Shown in pieces: positions 35,147-48,208 of a stretch of 64,000 bases of DNA. Under the pieces are notes generated by a model. That model was not told the origin of the DNA and did not search any database. It was given only the letters and a program-made list of their open reading frames with translations. The stretch spans positions 496,001-560,000 of the forward strand of contig QPGO01000011.1 in assembly GCA_008632985.1 (NCBI GenBank). The letters are read 5' to 3'. Position 1 is the stretch's first letter; every line of letters begins with the position of its first letter. The translations under genes and the position numbers were made by a program. The DNA is from Psammoneis japonica. Its lineage: Eukaryota.

Positions 35147-36549
35147 TTACTTTTTCTCGTCCAAATGGTGCCAATCCCAGTCGGGTGTATCCAAGTCGCT
35201 CTGGGAATATCCCATGGCGAAGAAGAGTTCTTGGAACATGCCACGGCAATACTTGTAATTGGGTTGCGCCTCAAACTTGAGGCTGCGGGTGTAGGACAAA
35301 AACTCGGCAAATTCGCCTGGCAAGCCCTTGCACAGCGTGTCAATAGGCGTGCTACGCTTCTTCTCCATAATCAAATGATACTTGTGGGCCGGCGAATTGC
35401 CACCCAATCCTTGCCAGGGAAGGGAACCCTTCAAAAAGTAAATCAGGACGTACGCAACCGACTCGAGGTCATCACGACGGGAGGGTGACACACCAAGATG
35501 GTTATTGACCGACGCATAACGGGGCGTTCCCATGAGGGATCCACCCTCGGTCTTGGGAATGTGCTGACGGGTCTTGGGATGACGATAAATTTTGGACAAG
35601 CCAAAATCAATGCAGTAGACAACATCCTCGCGACCACTGTCTCCACACGTCACAAAGTTGGCCGGCTTAATGTCACGATGAAGGAGATGGCGGGAGTGCA
35701 TGAGTTCCATGCGTGAGATCATCTGATCCGCGATAAGAAGGATCGTCTTCAAGGAAAAGTGCCTGTCGCACTTGTTGAACATGTCTTCAAGAGAAGGACC
35801 GAGCAAGTCCATCACAAGGAGATCAAAGGTATCCTGAGTCCCAAAGTAATGCACTTTGGCAAACCCGGGCGCCTTTTGGAGCTCACGAAGAACCTTGTAC
35901 TCGTGACGAAGCTGGGGGCAACGACCTCCGTGTCTCTCAAACTTTACAGCTACTTTCCTGCCGTTTTCGCCTACTCCAATGTAAATATCTCCAAACGATC
36001 CACCACCGACTCGCTTGGTGGTTTCGTAGCGCTACAACGTTGAACAACACAAACAAAGCGTGCGGTGAGGTTATTTTTCTTTCAAAAACACAATGGGCCA
36101 CGAGAGTCACAAAGCGAATCTTTTCCGACATGGTTGTTCTTGTAATCTCCTGCTTCACACTTACCGACTTCATCCTCTTCATAGGCTCTTTCGCAATCTG
36201 AGCTTCGCCTCTCAAGTAAGAAAAGAGCGGTTGATCCGAGACCATCGGCTCGTTGGCTTGGTTTGTTGGCCCGCACGAAGACGTCATCCTAAATGCTTTT
36301 TCTTCGGATTTTATGTGAGACGAATGCTTTTTCTCACGACGATCGTCCTGTCGTTTACGATTTCGGTTTCAACTCTTTCGAGTGGGCTCAACAGAAGCTG
36401 ATAGAGAGGTTTGGCTCAGCCTTTGTAAGGAGTGCCGACGAGACGACGTGTTTGTTGCTACACACGGCTGATTTATGGCAGCGTTGCTCTATGCTGTTGT
36501 TGCGGGCAGCGAACGCGAGACCCGCGGAAGAACTCACCTCGTAGGTCAT
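35147..36549 (-). CDS. Casein kinase I family kinase, copy B (intron 36164-36032; 5' exons approximate)
   Basis: RVGGGSFGDIY, LLGPSLED, HRDIKPANF, SLMGTPRYAS, SRRDDLES, LPWQG. Confidence 0.93.
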
Positions 36550-37020
36550 GGTACTATTTCTACGTCGCTGTAGCAACGACATAGCAACAGGTTGAAAACA
36601 AGAAAAAGACTTAGAAAAATGTCTGCTTGCTTTTGTCTTATAAGCCTACTAATGACTCTGATAATTTCGAAATCCAGTTTGGTACTCAGGCACTATGTCT
36701 TGATTTTGAAAATTCAATATACTATGCATGGATTTTAATATTTTAATTTCATTTCTCAAATTCGAAATGACCAAGGCATATATCTTGCAGGAGAGGAGTC
36801 ATCAGGAGGTCATTTCGAGTTCACGACCACTTTTTTACAAAAGGCGGGAACAACACACCACAACATCAACGCATCCTGACAATCCGATAAGCGGGAGGGA
36901 GGTGTTGAGTGTTGTTTGTTCACGTCAAGATGGCGAGAGACGGCGTTGCAACAGACATTACCAAACCCGTGTGATGAGATGGACTGAATTATAAGCTACT
37001 CTCATGAGAATTTTCAGAAA

Positions 37021-38016
37021 ATGAGACAAAGCAAGCAGAAGCAAACGAATCCACCATGTCGTCAGCTGGCGACAAAGAGTTGCGCCGAGCAACCCCCGTC
37101 CACTGTCAATCAACCCAAAAACTACTTTATCAAGGATGCAACAGTTCCGTTTGAGTTTAATTTTTATCGATTTGGATCAAAAGTCTCGGTTAATGTGCAA
37201 CAAACGCCTGCGGAAGAATTATGGCCGGGTGGAGCTTTATGGGATTTGGGTGTACTTCTTTCAAGAATACTCGTCTTGTTGACGAGAGGCGCATCGTTGA
37301 CGAATTCCAGCACTGGAGGTTCGAATGACAACGTCGACAGAATGCAAAAAATTATTCCTGATATTGCATGGAAGAACACGAGTGTGTTGGAACTGGGTTG
37401 TGGAGTTGGTTTGACTGGCTTGGTGGCTGCTGCGTTGGGAGCTCGGACTGTCGTATTGACAGATCTTCAACATGTTGTTGATGGTATCACGTGTCCTAAT
37501 ATGAAGCTTAACTTCACCCCTAGTGGTGGTGCCGGTAGCAACATGGCAAAAACTCGTGCGGGGGGACATGTCGTTTCTGCACCGCTTTGTTGGGGAAACA
37601 AGCATGACGAGCTTGCGGTTTTGGAACTGCTAAATCAACGTCGCACCAAAAGCCAAAGCTGTAATAGAAGAAAGAAAAAACCAGCAACCAATTCGGATGA
37701 AAGTCAACAAGAGCCCACCCTTGTGGATATCATTCTCATTGGAGATGTCGCTTATCAACACAAACCCGGCGCCCCGAGTCACTTTGAAGCCTTGGTGTCT
37801 ACTCTGATGAATTTCGTTTCGAGCGAGACCCTTGTCATTTTTGGAACCAGGATGCGCATGCCAGCATCAGTGGATTTGCTGCATATGTTTCACGAGTACT
37901 TGGATGAAGTACTGGTGCCTCCCTTGGAAGCAAGCGAAATCGATTCTGCTTTGGAGAAGAAGAACCATATGACGATTCATTTCCTAAAGAAACGAAGAAA
38001 TGGCACATCCGGTTAG
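37021..38016 (+). CDS. METTL21-like (Methyltransf_16) SAM-dependent protein methyltransferase
   Basis: GGALWD, VLELGCGVGLTG, VVLTD, LCWG, DIILIGDVAY. Confidence 0.88.
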   Translation: MRQSKQKQTNPPCRQLATKSCAEQPPSTVNQPKNYFIKDATVPFEFNFYRFGSKVSVNVQQTPAEELWPGGALWDLGVLLSRILVLLTRGASLTNSSTGGSNDNVDRMQKIIPDIAWKNTSVLELGCGVGLTGLVAAALGARTVVLTDLQHVVDGITCPNMKLNFTPSGGAGSNMAKTRAGGHVVSAPLCWGNKHDELAVLELLNQRRTKSQSCNRRKKKPATNSDESQQEPTLVDIILIGDVAYQHKPGAPSHFEALVSTLMNFVSSETLVIFGTRMRMPASVDLLHMFHEYLDEVLVPPLEASEIDSALEKKNHMTIHFLKKRRNGTSG

Positions 38017-38553
38017 ATGCGCTTAGAGCCATCCTTCTCAGTCGTTCTTTAGAGAAAAGTAAAGCTACCAGTACATAGAGAATGTAGTGTGGAGGGAAAG
38101 GCGGGTTCAGTCAATTGAATCACAACTCGACCTCGCGCCACATATCCGACGGACGCACAGATACTCGTACCGGTAGACGCTCTCTTAGAATTACTAGCTA
38201 CTACTCTAGAGTAGAGGGCGGCCGGTAGAGCTATCACGCACCGTTCATCGATAATGACCCGTTCTAATCGTGAGAATGAGGTTATGTAGAGGCTCACATA
38301 TCTTTTGAGAGACGAAAGGTTGGAAGTGCGTGAATCGCCCACGCGACCCAACCAGTCACCAGAGTCATTGTCAAAATATACTTAGGTTGGTTTTTTGGCC
38401 TTGAATATGGCTTATCTACAGCATTGCATGTTTCATAATGTCGTCACAATGCCAGTCATATCAGTCATTTTCAACTCCGACCTTTTCGGTTTACTAATGC
38501 CCATTGATTGTTGCCGAAAGGCGCACAAATTCACCGAGAAAAACAAGTTGACG

Positions 38554-39319
38554 ATGAAGGGATTCGCGATTGCGTCCGTCGTCACATTATGTGTGACTGC
38601 TGGATTCGTTGTATATATCCATGATATCGCGACAACTCTGCATGAAATCAGTGGTCTCAACGGCGCTACCGCCGTTGATCGTTACCCGCACATAGGTAAT
38701 GAACGATCACTGCAATTTGGCGGGAATGAAGCGGTGAAGCAGAGTCTCCGGCGATCACACACCAAAGGTGCCAGGATAGAGGCAAAACAAGAAGTTGATG
38801 ACGGATACTGGAATAGAATACGAGAAATGGAGGAACGCAACGCCACTGTTGGTTCCAACACAACCGTCAACAACACTACCGCAGACACGGTCGCACCGTC
38901 CGCTATCACCAGTAGTCCTACGAGTACACAGCCCCTTCGGCAACTCCTACACTGTCTCCCAATGAACCAGACATGAAGCGGTTCGATTTCTCTCAACGTG
39001 ATGACCTAGGCAATGGTATTGAATTCAATATTTACACAATCATGACGAACGGGGGAAGCGAAGCGTCCTGGATTACCTTTCGAAATGAAGGCCACACTGG
39101 GAAAATAGATTCGTGCAAAGTTGCCTTTATAGATTTATGAGCGTGCAAGAACCTGCCACGTCCACGGCCAGCCCAACGATCAGTCCATCCGAATCCCCGT
39201 CTTTGGAGACATCAACGGTAGCTCCAACATTGACAGAGTCTACTCCAAGTCCATCTGTTATCGAAGTGCCGTCAGAAGTAGCTGATCAGGTCAAAAGAAT
39301 CCATTCAGATTGGCGTTGA
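38554..39319 (+). CDS. Hypothetical membrane/secreted Ser/Thr/Pro-rich protein (broken frame)
   Basis: Hydrophobic N-terminus MKGFAIASVVTLCV and S/T/P-rich stretches in adjacent ORFs. Confidence 0.45.
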
Positions 39320-39530
39320 TAGAGACAAAAGTGCTTTATAACGTACTTTGAGACAATGGCGTATTGTTTCCGCTGTAAATTCAAGCACTCTGGAATCAGG
39401 TCGTCGACGCTGCTTGTATTTTTGCTACCTAGCAACTTCTACTTCAAAACCTATCTCATTAGAACCTATCTCATCAGCTTGAAAAACGAAGTAGTAGTAC
39501 CAAAGCCAACCGACGGCAATGGTTTCCGTG

Positions 39531-40397
39531 CTATTTGATCATGGCCAATGGTGTGTGACTCCTAGAGCTCTTGGTTACTACTAAAACTAGAACTACTCTG
39601 TTGGTCTCGCCGGGGGTCTGACAGGTGACCTTCACTTGATTTAGAAAGTTGCAAACTACGCCGCTCGCTTGCTCATCCTTCATAACTTGTATTCTCTCAT
39701 CCATCATCGCATCTGCGGCGTTTACGAGGGCGACATCAAGTCGATTCAATACCTGTATCCGGGACCAAAGCCTTGCTGCTTCATCCTTATTGCCCACCAA
39801 TCCATCAATTGCATCTACACCACGGGCTTTCTCGCCTCTTACTTGTTGTTTCTCCATGTCCCAACAAAAGTAATGACCTAACAGATCCCACGACTCGCGC
39901 AACCGATGAAACAAACTAAAGTGTGCAAAGTCCGTCTTGAGTCGTTCCAATGCCAGTTGAAACACAGGCGATTTCTCTGGTCCCAGCGCATTTTGCTCTT
40001 CCATATAAGCATCCTCTAACCATTCCCTGTCAACCTCAGCATCCATGTCTAGAGTGAAACCGTTCACCAAGCTTGGTTTGGGCATTGATTTACGATCTGG
40101 CTCTGCACCCAACATGCGAGTCAAGACATTTCGACGCCAGCGTACCGACTCGATCCAATCGTTAAGAGAAATGTCGGTAAAGTTCATGTTTCTTGGCGCC
40201 ATTGAGAGACGGACATTGTACCACTTTGCAGCATAGGATCCAACATCTCGCAGGGTCGTAAGCAGCACAGTCTGGTTCAACAACTCCAAGAGATTGTCAG
40301 GTGCGTACTGGTCCGTGGCGATGTGCTCCGACACTCTGGATTTAACAACAGAGCTCATTCTATAGGCAACCACGTCAAACGGAACATGTCCCGACAT
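39531..40397 (-). CDS. Hypothetical protein
   Basis: ~288-aa open frame with protein-like composition and no recognised motif. Confidence 0.5.
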   Translation of the reverse strand: MSGHVPFDVVAYRMSSVVKSRVSEHIATDQYAPDNLLELLNQTVLLTTLRDVGSYAAKWYNVRLSMAPRNMNFTDISLNDWIESVRWRRNVLTRMLGAEPDRKSMPKPSLVNGFTLDMDAEVDREWLEDAYMEEQNALGPEKSPVFQLALERLKTDFAHFSLFHRLRESWDLLGHYFCWDMEKQQVRGEKARGVDAIDGLVGNKDEAARLWSRIQVLNRLDVALVNAADAMMDERIQVMKDEQASGVVCNFLNQVKVTCQTPGETNRVVLVLVVTKSSRSHTPLAMIK

Positions 40398-41261
40398 TGT
40401 GTTGGTAAGTGACAGTGGTCTCAAGGCCAGCTTAGGGTTCTTAGTAGACGAAAAACATATTGAAGAGCAGTCAGACAGGAGGCCTTGATACCTCCGATTG
40501 AGATTGCTATCGCCCTCAAAGTAACGAAAGAATCTCTATGAAAGAGATGCAACGGAGATAAAGAAACGGATCAAAAAGCAAGTAAGAAGATTTGGCGAGT
40601 CACATACTCAACACCTCTTTACAGTAAGCGAATGGTATGGTGCATGGTGTATGGTATGATCTGCTATGCCACGCCTCACCAATCTCTAAAGCGAGCTATC
40701 CACTTACCCGCTCTTCACTTGAGGCCGTCCCAGGAAATCGGACTCGACCCGTCAAGAGCTCAACAGGCTGCAAGCCATCAGTGCAGTTCTGATGCAGCGA
40801 GCATTGCACCTGCTCAGACGAATAGCATTCTTGAGATGAGTACCCTTGTGCTACTTTTGCCAGGACAAACAATAGGAAGGCAGAAATCAAGAATTTATGA
40901 GCGGCACGACGTGTTGACATGGTGCAAAGATTGGTTCAAGAAGGATGCAAAACGATGTCTTTTGAACGCTGTGTGAGGAATGAAATCCCATCAACTCTCT
41001 CTCTAGAGATCACAGTATCAAACAACGGTTGTGAGATGCAATCATTGTCAAAAAATGATAAGTCAAGACGAGTTCAGAGCAAGTCCGACCCCGCGCGCGA
41101 GGATGCGTGTCAAATCACCGCCTGACAGGTCGCGCATCGATCGTGGACTTTTCTCGCGTCTTTTTCCCGCCCAAAAAGCGGCCTTTGTGCCTCATCGCAT
41201 CATCATTCATCGAATGTTCGTTTCAACGAATCTTCTACTTACAGTAATCTGGAGAGAATCA

Positions 41262-42973
41262 ATGCACAACGCGAAAGCTTCAAAATCATTCTCGATTCAC
41301 GATGCCATCGTTTGGAAAATGCGGTCGATGATTGTTCCGGGCAACTCAGACAAGCCCAGACGTCTCGTCGTCATACTTTCAATTTCGGCGTTTGCTGTAT
41401 TGATTGGGTTCACACTAGGATTCATCATATTAGGGAAAGATGGAAACTGCTGTAACAGTTCCATTGAAAATGAATCTGATACGTCGATACCGTCTACCTC
41501 AGAGCCTCCAACCACCTCGGCACATTCCACCCAGAGCCTCCAACCACCGCGGCACCCTCCACCTCAGAGCAAGCCACTTTTGCGCAAACGCTTCATCCCA
41601 GTGACGTCTTTTCTCCTACCACGATGCCTACATCAACTCCCCAACCTACAATTGTACGTTTGTTCACCAGGGCATTTCCTGTTCCTTGGCTTTCTACTCT
41701 AATCCTTTTTCTCCAATGCACGTGCTTTGTGTTCCATAGAATGTTACATATCGTCCAGGAATACTTACAGGGTATGAAGTAGATTTGTATCTGTCGCAGG
41801 GACTCACGGCCAAGATCATTGCAGAGTCAGGAAAAAAGATCGAGTACTATAATGGCAACACATCTGATGTTCGTTTCCATGGAAGACCGGACTTTGGTGC
41901 CACCTTTCCCGACCCAGACCTGAACAATACAGGTGGATGGATCTATGTGAGTAACTCCGAAATGAAAAGCAAAGGCAAAGGTGGTGTTGGAGCGATCAAG
42001 TTCGACAAGGACGGGAATGTTCTGGACTATCGCATGTTGTTGACGGGAACAACAATGAATTGTGGTGGAGGTGAGCAAGAAAAAACGACTTGAACTTTAT
42101 CCACATCAATGAGCACTCTCACACATCTTGCTAGGCCGAACTCCGTGGGGCACTTGGGTGAGCTGCGAGGAGTTGAGTAACTATGGTCAAATTTACCAAG
42201 TAGACCCAACCGGAGCTAGAAAAGCAGAGAAGCTAACCATGGGGTTGCACGGAGATCGATTCGAGTCCTTTGCCTACGATGATCGTAACCTCAGCGAACC
42301 GTACTTTTTTGCAACAGCCGATCGACCTCGTGGTGCTTTGCACCGATGGACACCAACCAATTTCTCTTGGGACGAGCCGTGGTCTGTACTACATGGTCAA
42401 GGAAACCTTTCTTTTCTGTTCTTGAAGCCTAGTACGAACGACAGTAATACATCTGGAGGGACTTTTGAGTGGACCACCAACTACAATGACGGCATGGACA
42501 ATGCAGGTGAACATTTCCCTGAGACAGAAGCCATTGATCGTGTGGGTAGCATTCTATACTTTGTGTCAAAGGCTCGAAAGGTGCTCTACATGCTGGATCT
42601 CGACACGATGAGGTTCACAAGGCAATCGACGGTGCATGGATTGTTTGATGGCGCTGGTGATCAAATTCAACGAATTCTAGCCGATGATGATGGCGACCAG
42701 ATACTCTACTTTACGGAAGAACGGGACGGGGGAGGAATCCATGGCCGAAACAGTCAAGGTCAATACTTCACCATTGTCGAAGGCAAACGGTCTCTCTACA
42801 GATCAGAATCTACGGGCCTCGCATTCAGTCCTGATGGCCATCACATGTACTTTGCCTATCAGAAGAATGGCTTACTATTTGACGTGACGAGAAAAGATGG
42901 ACTTCCCTTCCACGGAAGGTCTCTGGATGTTCATTACCACAATTACATTGTCCGTCGTAGCCTTCGTTTGTAA
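41262..42973 (+). CDS. PhoX-like (DUF839) alkaline phosphatase with N-terminal TM anchor (introns ~41656-41739, 42071-42134)
   Basis: RPDFGATF, GGWIYVSNSE, GGVGAIKFD, NCGGG|RTPWGTWVSCEE, ESTGLAFSPDG. Start approximate. Confidence 0.85.
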
Positions 42974-43500
42974 AACCGACTTGTTGGAACGCCGAGGACT
43001 ATATAGATCTGGAATAAGAAGTGGAAACCTGGTGTAGACTTTTCCTCTCAAAGATCTGTTGGGAGTTGACGTTTCTAGGGGTGAGAGACTTTTCAAGAAT
43101 GCGTCTCAATCCAAGGCTCATGGGATTTTGCCGCTTAAAAGAAAGTGGCGAAAGTGGCCGCTGGTAACGAAGCAATCGCCTCATTACAACTCCTGACTTA
43201 CTGTAGGTCAGAGCTATCGTGGCTTGCCAGACCTCTACTAGTTTGGATATAGAGCTCAATACGTTGGTATCTACTATCTTCAGCTACTTATTGAAAAGAA
43301 ATAGTAGTGGCGTCAACCAGGTTCGTCGGTGACAAATGCGGTTGCTCGGAGTGCGCCACCACCTATGTATCGTGATCTTATCAAATAGAAATATCATGCA
43401 AGAAGAGCATTGTCGAACGCCTCGATGAATGCTCCAGAGTACGTTGAAATGAATCGATTGTGAATTGTGCAAGTCCCTTCGTGACATACAGTATGTAGTT

Positions 43501-44912
43501 CTAAACATCATTCGCAATCCCTTTTCCGGTAGGGCTCTCTTCAGGGTCTTGGTCGTCTGTGGGTGATAGTGAAGATTCCTCGGCAATGCTTCCATTGGAG
43601 CAACACGCGCCGGTATTGCCAGCACCATCGGACTCCTCCTGAGTGGTAGTTGCTTCCGGGTCTTCGTTATCTCTCGGGGGTGCAGCTTCCTCGGGAATGA
43701 TGCCATTGGATGAGTCGCTGCGACCGGAATTGCCAGTTCCGGTTGTGCCACCAGACACCTTGGAAGAAGTCCTGAAGCTCATGCCTCTATGCTTCACGAA
43801 TGATACACCCCTGGTGGACAGTCGCCTTAGGGAGCCTCTAAAAGACGCACTAGCGTCGTTGTCTGTTTTTTTGTAATGACACAAGAAAATGATCATGTTC
43901 AGGAAGCCTTGTAGAGGCCGCATGACGCGATCAACAATAGAAACTGAAGTAAAGAGTGAGAAGAAAGCCAGAAAGGAACTCAAGGTATATTCCACAAGTA
44001 CTTACGCGCGAGAGGATAGGGAGCATCAGTGGACCTGCCGTAAATGCCGGCGATGTACCTCCAAACAATCGTGAAAAACAACGCACTGATGTATTGCACC
44101 GCACGTGCGGCAACTTGGCGAGTACGTTGCAACTTTCGCCTTTGCGCTTCCACGGAAGAGCGGCGATGAGACGCCCGACTCAGACTCGCTCTACTCTGAC
44201 TTGCCAGACGCTGACTTGCCCGTGTCGCAAAGTCGTAACGATCTCTCACACGCTTTTCGGTTCTCCACACATGCCAGCAAATTACAATCATGCAAATCGT
44301 CGTGATGCAGAATGAAACAAGAACCTCAGTGGCCGCAACGAGCCAAAGATACGCGAAGGTCCAATTGACACCGCGCTCGCAGGGTATATCGGGGTTGTCC
44401 GCGCATGCTTTAGGATAAGGGGAAATCCAGCAAAATGAGCTACCAAAGTTATACATTTGAACTGGCAAATTCACAAATGCCTGGAGCGTGGCGACTACAA
44501 TTGGTACAGCATGTAGATAGCGCTCCACGTGAGTCGCAATCCATTCTCGTGACTTGCCAAAGCGAATGATAAGCAAAAAGTATATTGCCAATGAACTCGT
44601 GTAGTAGATTGCTCCATAGCCCCAGACAATGAAGAATGCCTGAGCAATGCATGTTTGCTGGTTGCCTCGGGCAAATATAGCTCCCCTGGAACCTACAGGT
44701 GCTGGCACACTGGTTAAGGCTAGCCCGGCAGACACAATAATGTCAAATATGCTCAAACCCAGCATGATGCGATAGTAAGTTTGTTTTGACGCCTTCTTCC
44801 AATCGCGAACAATAATGCCAACGATTACTGCAGAACCGATGACCGATAGAACTGCAGAAGGAATAATGGCAATCTGCTTAATTCTGGCCTGCTCGAGTTT
44901 GGAAAGAGCCAT
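43501..44912 (-). CDS. 7-TM GPCR-like protein (exons 44912-44006, 43943-43501)
   Basis: LSVIGS, YYRIMLGLSIFD, GNQQTCIAQAFF, CWISPYP, QYISALF, PLQGFLN. The 62-bp GT-AG intron restores frame. Confidence 0.85.
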
Positions 44913-45443
44913 GCCTCACTCTTTCTCAGCAGTCTTCCTACCGGATGCTTCTCGACGAACAAGCTACAAAGGACGCGCGTACTTCTCTCGATTGCTACTT
45001 TACCGTTCTCTTCCTGCTCTTTCTTTGCTTTGACATCAACGACAGAAGATAAAGAAGCATTCTGTGCGTGCAGGTTGTGTCATCTGTATTACCTTGAAGT
45101 TCATACAGGAATTTCAGGTGAGTTCTGATCGTGCTTTAGGTGAAGTTCAAAGTCTGTGACAATCGACATTGACAATGGATCATGCGTGTGTGTCGAATGT
45201 CGTTTGGTTATTGCCTGCTTGACAACCCTGCTGTCATCAATTAACTTTTTCCTTGAAGAGCAGTTGACTAGGCGTTAATGTCAATTGCCTCAGTTGACAC
45301 CATACCAAGCAGGCCACTCCAAGCATCAGGTGGATATGTAGAGCTTCGCAGTGCGTGAGTCCCGCTCCTTGATTCCCACGACGAGTCTCCGCTTTTGATC
45401 CGAACCCACTGTACTTGAGGCGAGACGTTCGACATATCTCATC

Positions 45444-46980
45444 ATGAACGACGACAAGGACAAAGAATTGAAGGAGAGCGGAGGCGAAGGAGAAGGTGCC
45501 AAAAAGGTCAATCAGACGGATAAAGAAGAAAGAGTGGAGCAAGCTGAACAAGACTTGAACTGAGCGAGGATGCTGCAGATGCGAACCCCGTCGGGCGGAG
45601 TAGAAGGCGCGTTGTGGTCTTGCTCGTTGTGATGCTTCTACTCGTGGTGGCGGTTATCGTGTCTCTTGTGCTAACTCTTGGTGACAAGGAAAGTGTCGGG
45701 GAAAAGTGGAAGCGGCTATCCGACGAATGCTTCGACTGCGTAGAGGAGGAGGAAGCATTTTGCCGGGAAATGGGCTGTTACTACGGAGATTGCCGCGCGG
45801 ATTGCTACGTTGGTGGAAGAACGATGAAGGACTGGAGAGAAAATTGTGAAACTGATTCCGTGGACCACAAGAGATGCGTCGATGAAGGAATCTGTGACGC
45901 ATGCGCCGAAGAATCTAATGCCCCCCCAGTACAGAATGCAAAGAGGACTGTCGAGAATTCTGTTTTGAATATGATTATTCCGGGCGGGCTAGCTACATTT
46001 GTTCCACGGGCCGCCCCTTTCGCCAGGACTTGGAGGGCAGTCCCATTCTGGCCGATATTCTCACGTTCCAAGATCATCAAGCGAGTCCTTGGTCGGAACC
46101 TCTACCGCTCAACTTTTTGCCTCCAAGCAGCAGCCAACAAACTGCTACCACCAAGACACTGCAGCAAGAACAAAAGGACAAAATCATCCAGTGGAGCCAA
46201 CGTGCAGTCGGGGAGCATGCCAGTATTGCCTCGTTTCTTCGTTTGTCATTTCGTTGATGGTGCATGGAGCCCCACCCCTTTTGATTTCACAAGCCTTGGC
46301 GGCTGCGGCGGATGAATTGCGCCATGCTAGATTGGCCTTTTCCCAAGCCGCTGTTTTGGCATCATTGGAGGCTCAAGCTGATGACGGCAGTAATGTGGAG
46401 GCAACCAATCCGCATGCAGTCGGTGTGGGTCCCGCGGCGTTGCCACAAACGGAACTGAACTTTTCGTATAACATGACCACCTTGGGGATGAGTGTGGCGC
46501 AAGAGGATGCATTGAAGAGACTTTCTCAGCCCTTGCCCTCGCTGTGGAGGCTACAACAGTGACGAACAGCCAAGAACGAAAGCTTCTCATGTCGATCGCC
46601 TCGGACGAAGCGCGACACGCTGGCTTGGCTTGGCGCACTGTGGAATGGGTCTGTCAATCGAATGCCGCCGCTTGTCGCGCGGTGCAGTCACGTATTCTCA
46701 ACTTAGATCGAATCAAGCGAATACTTGAAACACACGGAAAGGGTTGGGTCGGGACGGGTGGCGGGAAGGAAGGCGTCTACCCCGATGTTCTGCGTTTGTT
46801 TGATTTTTTGATGCAATGGCTGACAAATCCCGAAACGCATCATATTTGCTTGGCTCACGAGGCTGATCTTCGTATGGATTCTCGACCTGTGAGAACAGAG
46901 AGTCCAATTTATTGGATTGCATCAAGCTGGCTATTAAACAAGATGTTTGTCGAGATTATTTGTCTCCGCGCCCCAACCAA
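45444..46980 (+). CDS. TM-anchored Cys-rich plus ferritin-like di-iron domain protein (several frameshifts)
   Basis: GRPF, W..RAVGEHASIASF, GAPP..AAADELRHA and IASDEARHAGLAW spread across shifted frames. Confidence 0.65.
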
Positions 46981-48208
46981 GGATCACCGGTGCGAGTGGA
47001 GTGATGTGGCTACAAGTATCAGGCGTAACCTGCGTACAGAAACTATAAATAACTTAGCGATTGAAACTCATATAACTACCGAGAAAGCATACTCAAACCG
47101 CCGTATTTCCATTGTTTTTTCCTTGCTTCCTTCCGTCTCGAGAAAGGGAAGAGAAAGCCATGAAACCGCGTTCCAACCGTTGTTCCTGCTTCATTCCTCT
47201 TGTCGATACCTCCGTCTATCCATCTACCGTATCTATCTATTTCCGCCGGGCCGAGAGCCGCAGCACCGCCAATAGGCAATAGGAACAGCACACTCATTCA
47301 AACGTGAGGGATAAGTACTGGTGCCAAGCTCAGCGTGTAGGCCGCAGACATGGGCGCGAGTTTTCCTACAACGGAATGGCCTTTCGAACTGAGAATATGG
47401 CACCATGGGCACTATGTGGTGATGTAAATGGTGACTATTATTTCTGTCAAGAACTTGTTGTGGGCGTGGAACACTCGATTACCGCCCAGGCATTCATCGG
47501 AGATGCACCTTTTGCCTGACCCCCATCAGTGTACACAAGGAAAACGACATTCAGTTATTCCTCGTTGATGTCAATAAGGGTTCAAAGATAACAATGATCC
47601 ATGATGGAGACATGATTTCCGTTCCACACAATACCGACTCGAGCGTGCTGGCTGAAGTCCGAGACGTTGACAAGGTGCAGTTCTCATACAACGGAGATGA
47701 CAGTTTCCGGACTGAACGAGTTGAACCATTCCTCTTGTGCGGGGATCAAATGCTTGTCATGGGCTTGGTACTGGTGCAATCCATACCGTTGCAGCTCAGG
47801 CGTTTGATGGGGATCTTGCGGTGTCAAGAGTGTACGGGTCAGTTTTACTCTGGAAGCCACCGACGACAGTCCTTTGAACCCTTCACCGTCGTCTTTGCCA
47901 GCTACTGTATCTCCAACAATCCTTACACGCAACACAAACAGACCTAGTACAGCTGCTCCGACCAAACAAACATTCCTTAATTGCGCTGCGCTACACGAGA
48001 TGAAAGTATTACAAAAGGAGAATCCTCTCTAGTAGTAGAGTACAACGAGTGGTCTTATCTCGTGCAACATAAACATCGGAACACGCTAGTCTTGCGGGCT
48101 ATCGACTCGTCATCGGCACGAAACCCCAAATCAGCCCCGGCAAGTCTTTCCATAGCCCTATCCTACACAACAACACCGCACTTCAAACTGGTCTTGAAGG
48201 ATGTCATT

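Noticed and set aside
37021..38016. Methyltransferase as the DNA-modifying enzyme behind the mutation pattern
   Set aside because: Its motifs match protein-lysine METTL21-type enzymes, with no DNA MTase or deaminase motifs. No candidate mutator gene is evident in this window.
43944..44005. Frameshift in the GPCR gene
   Set aside because: Explained by a 62-bp GTAAGT...TTCAG intron that restores frame.
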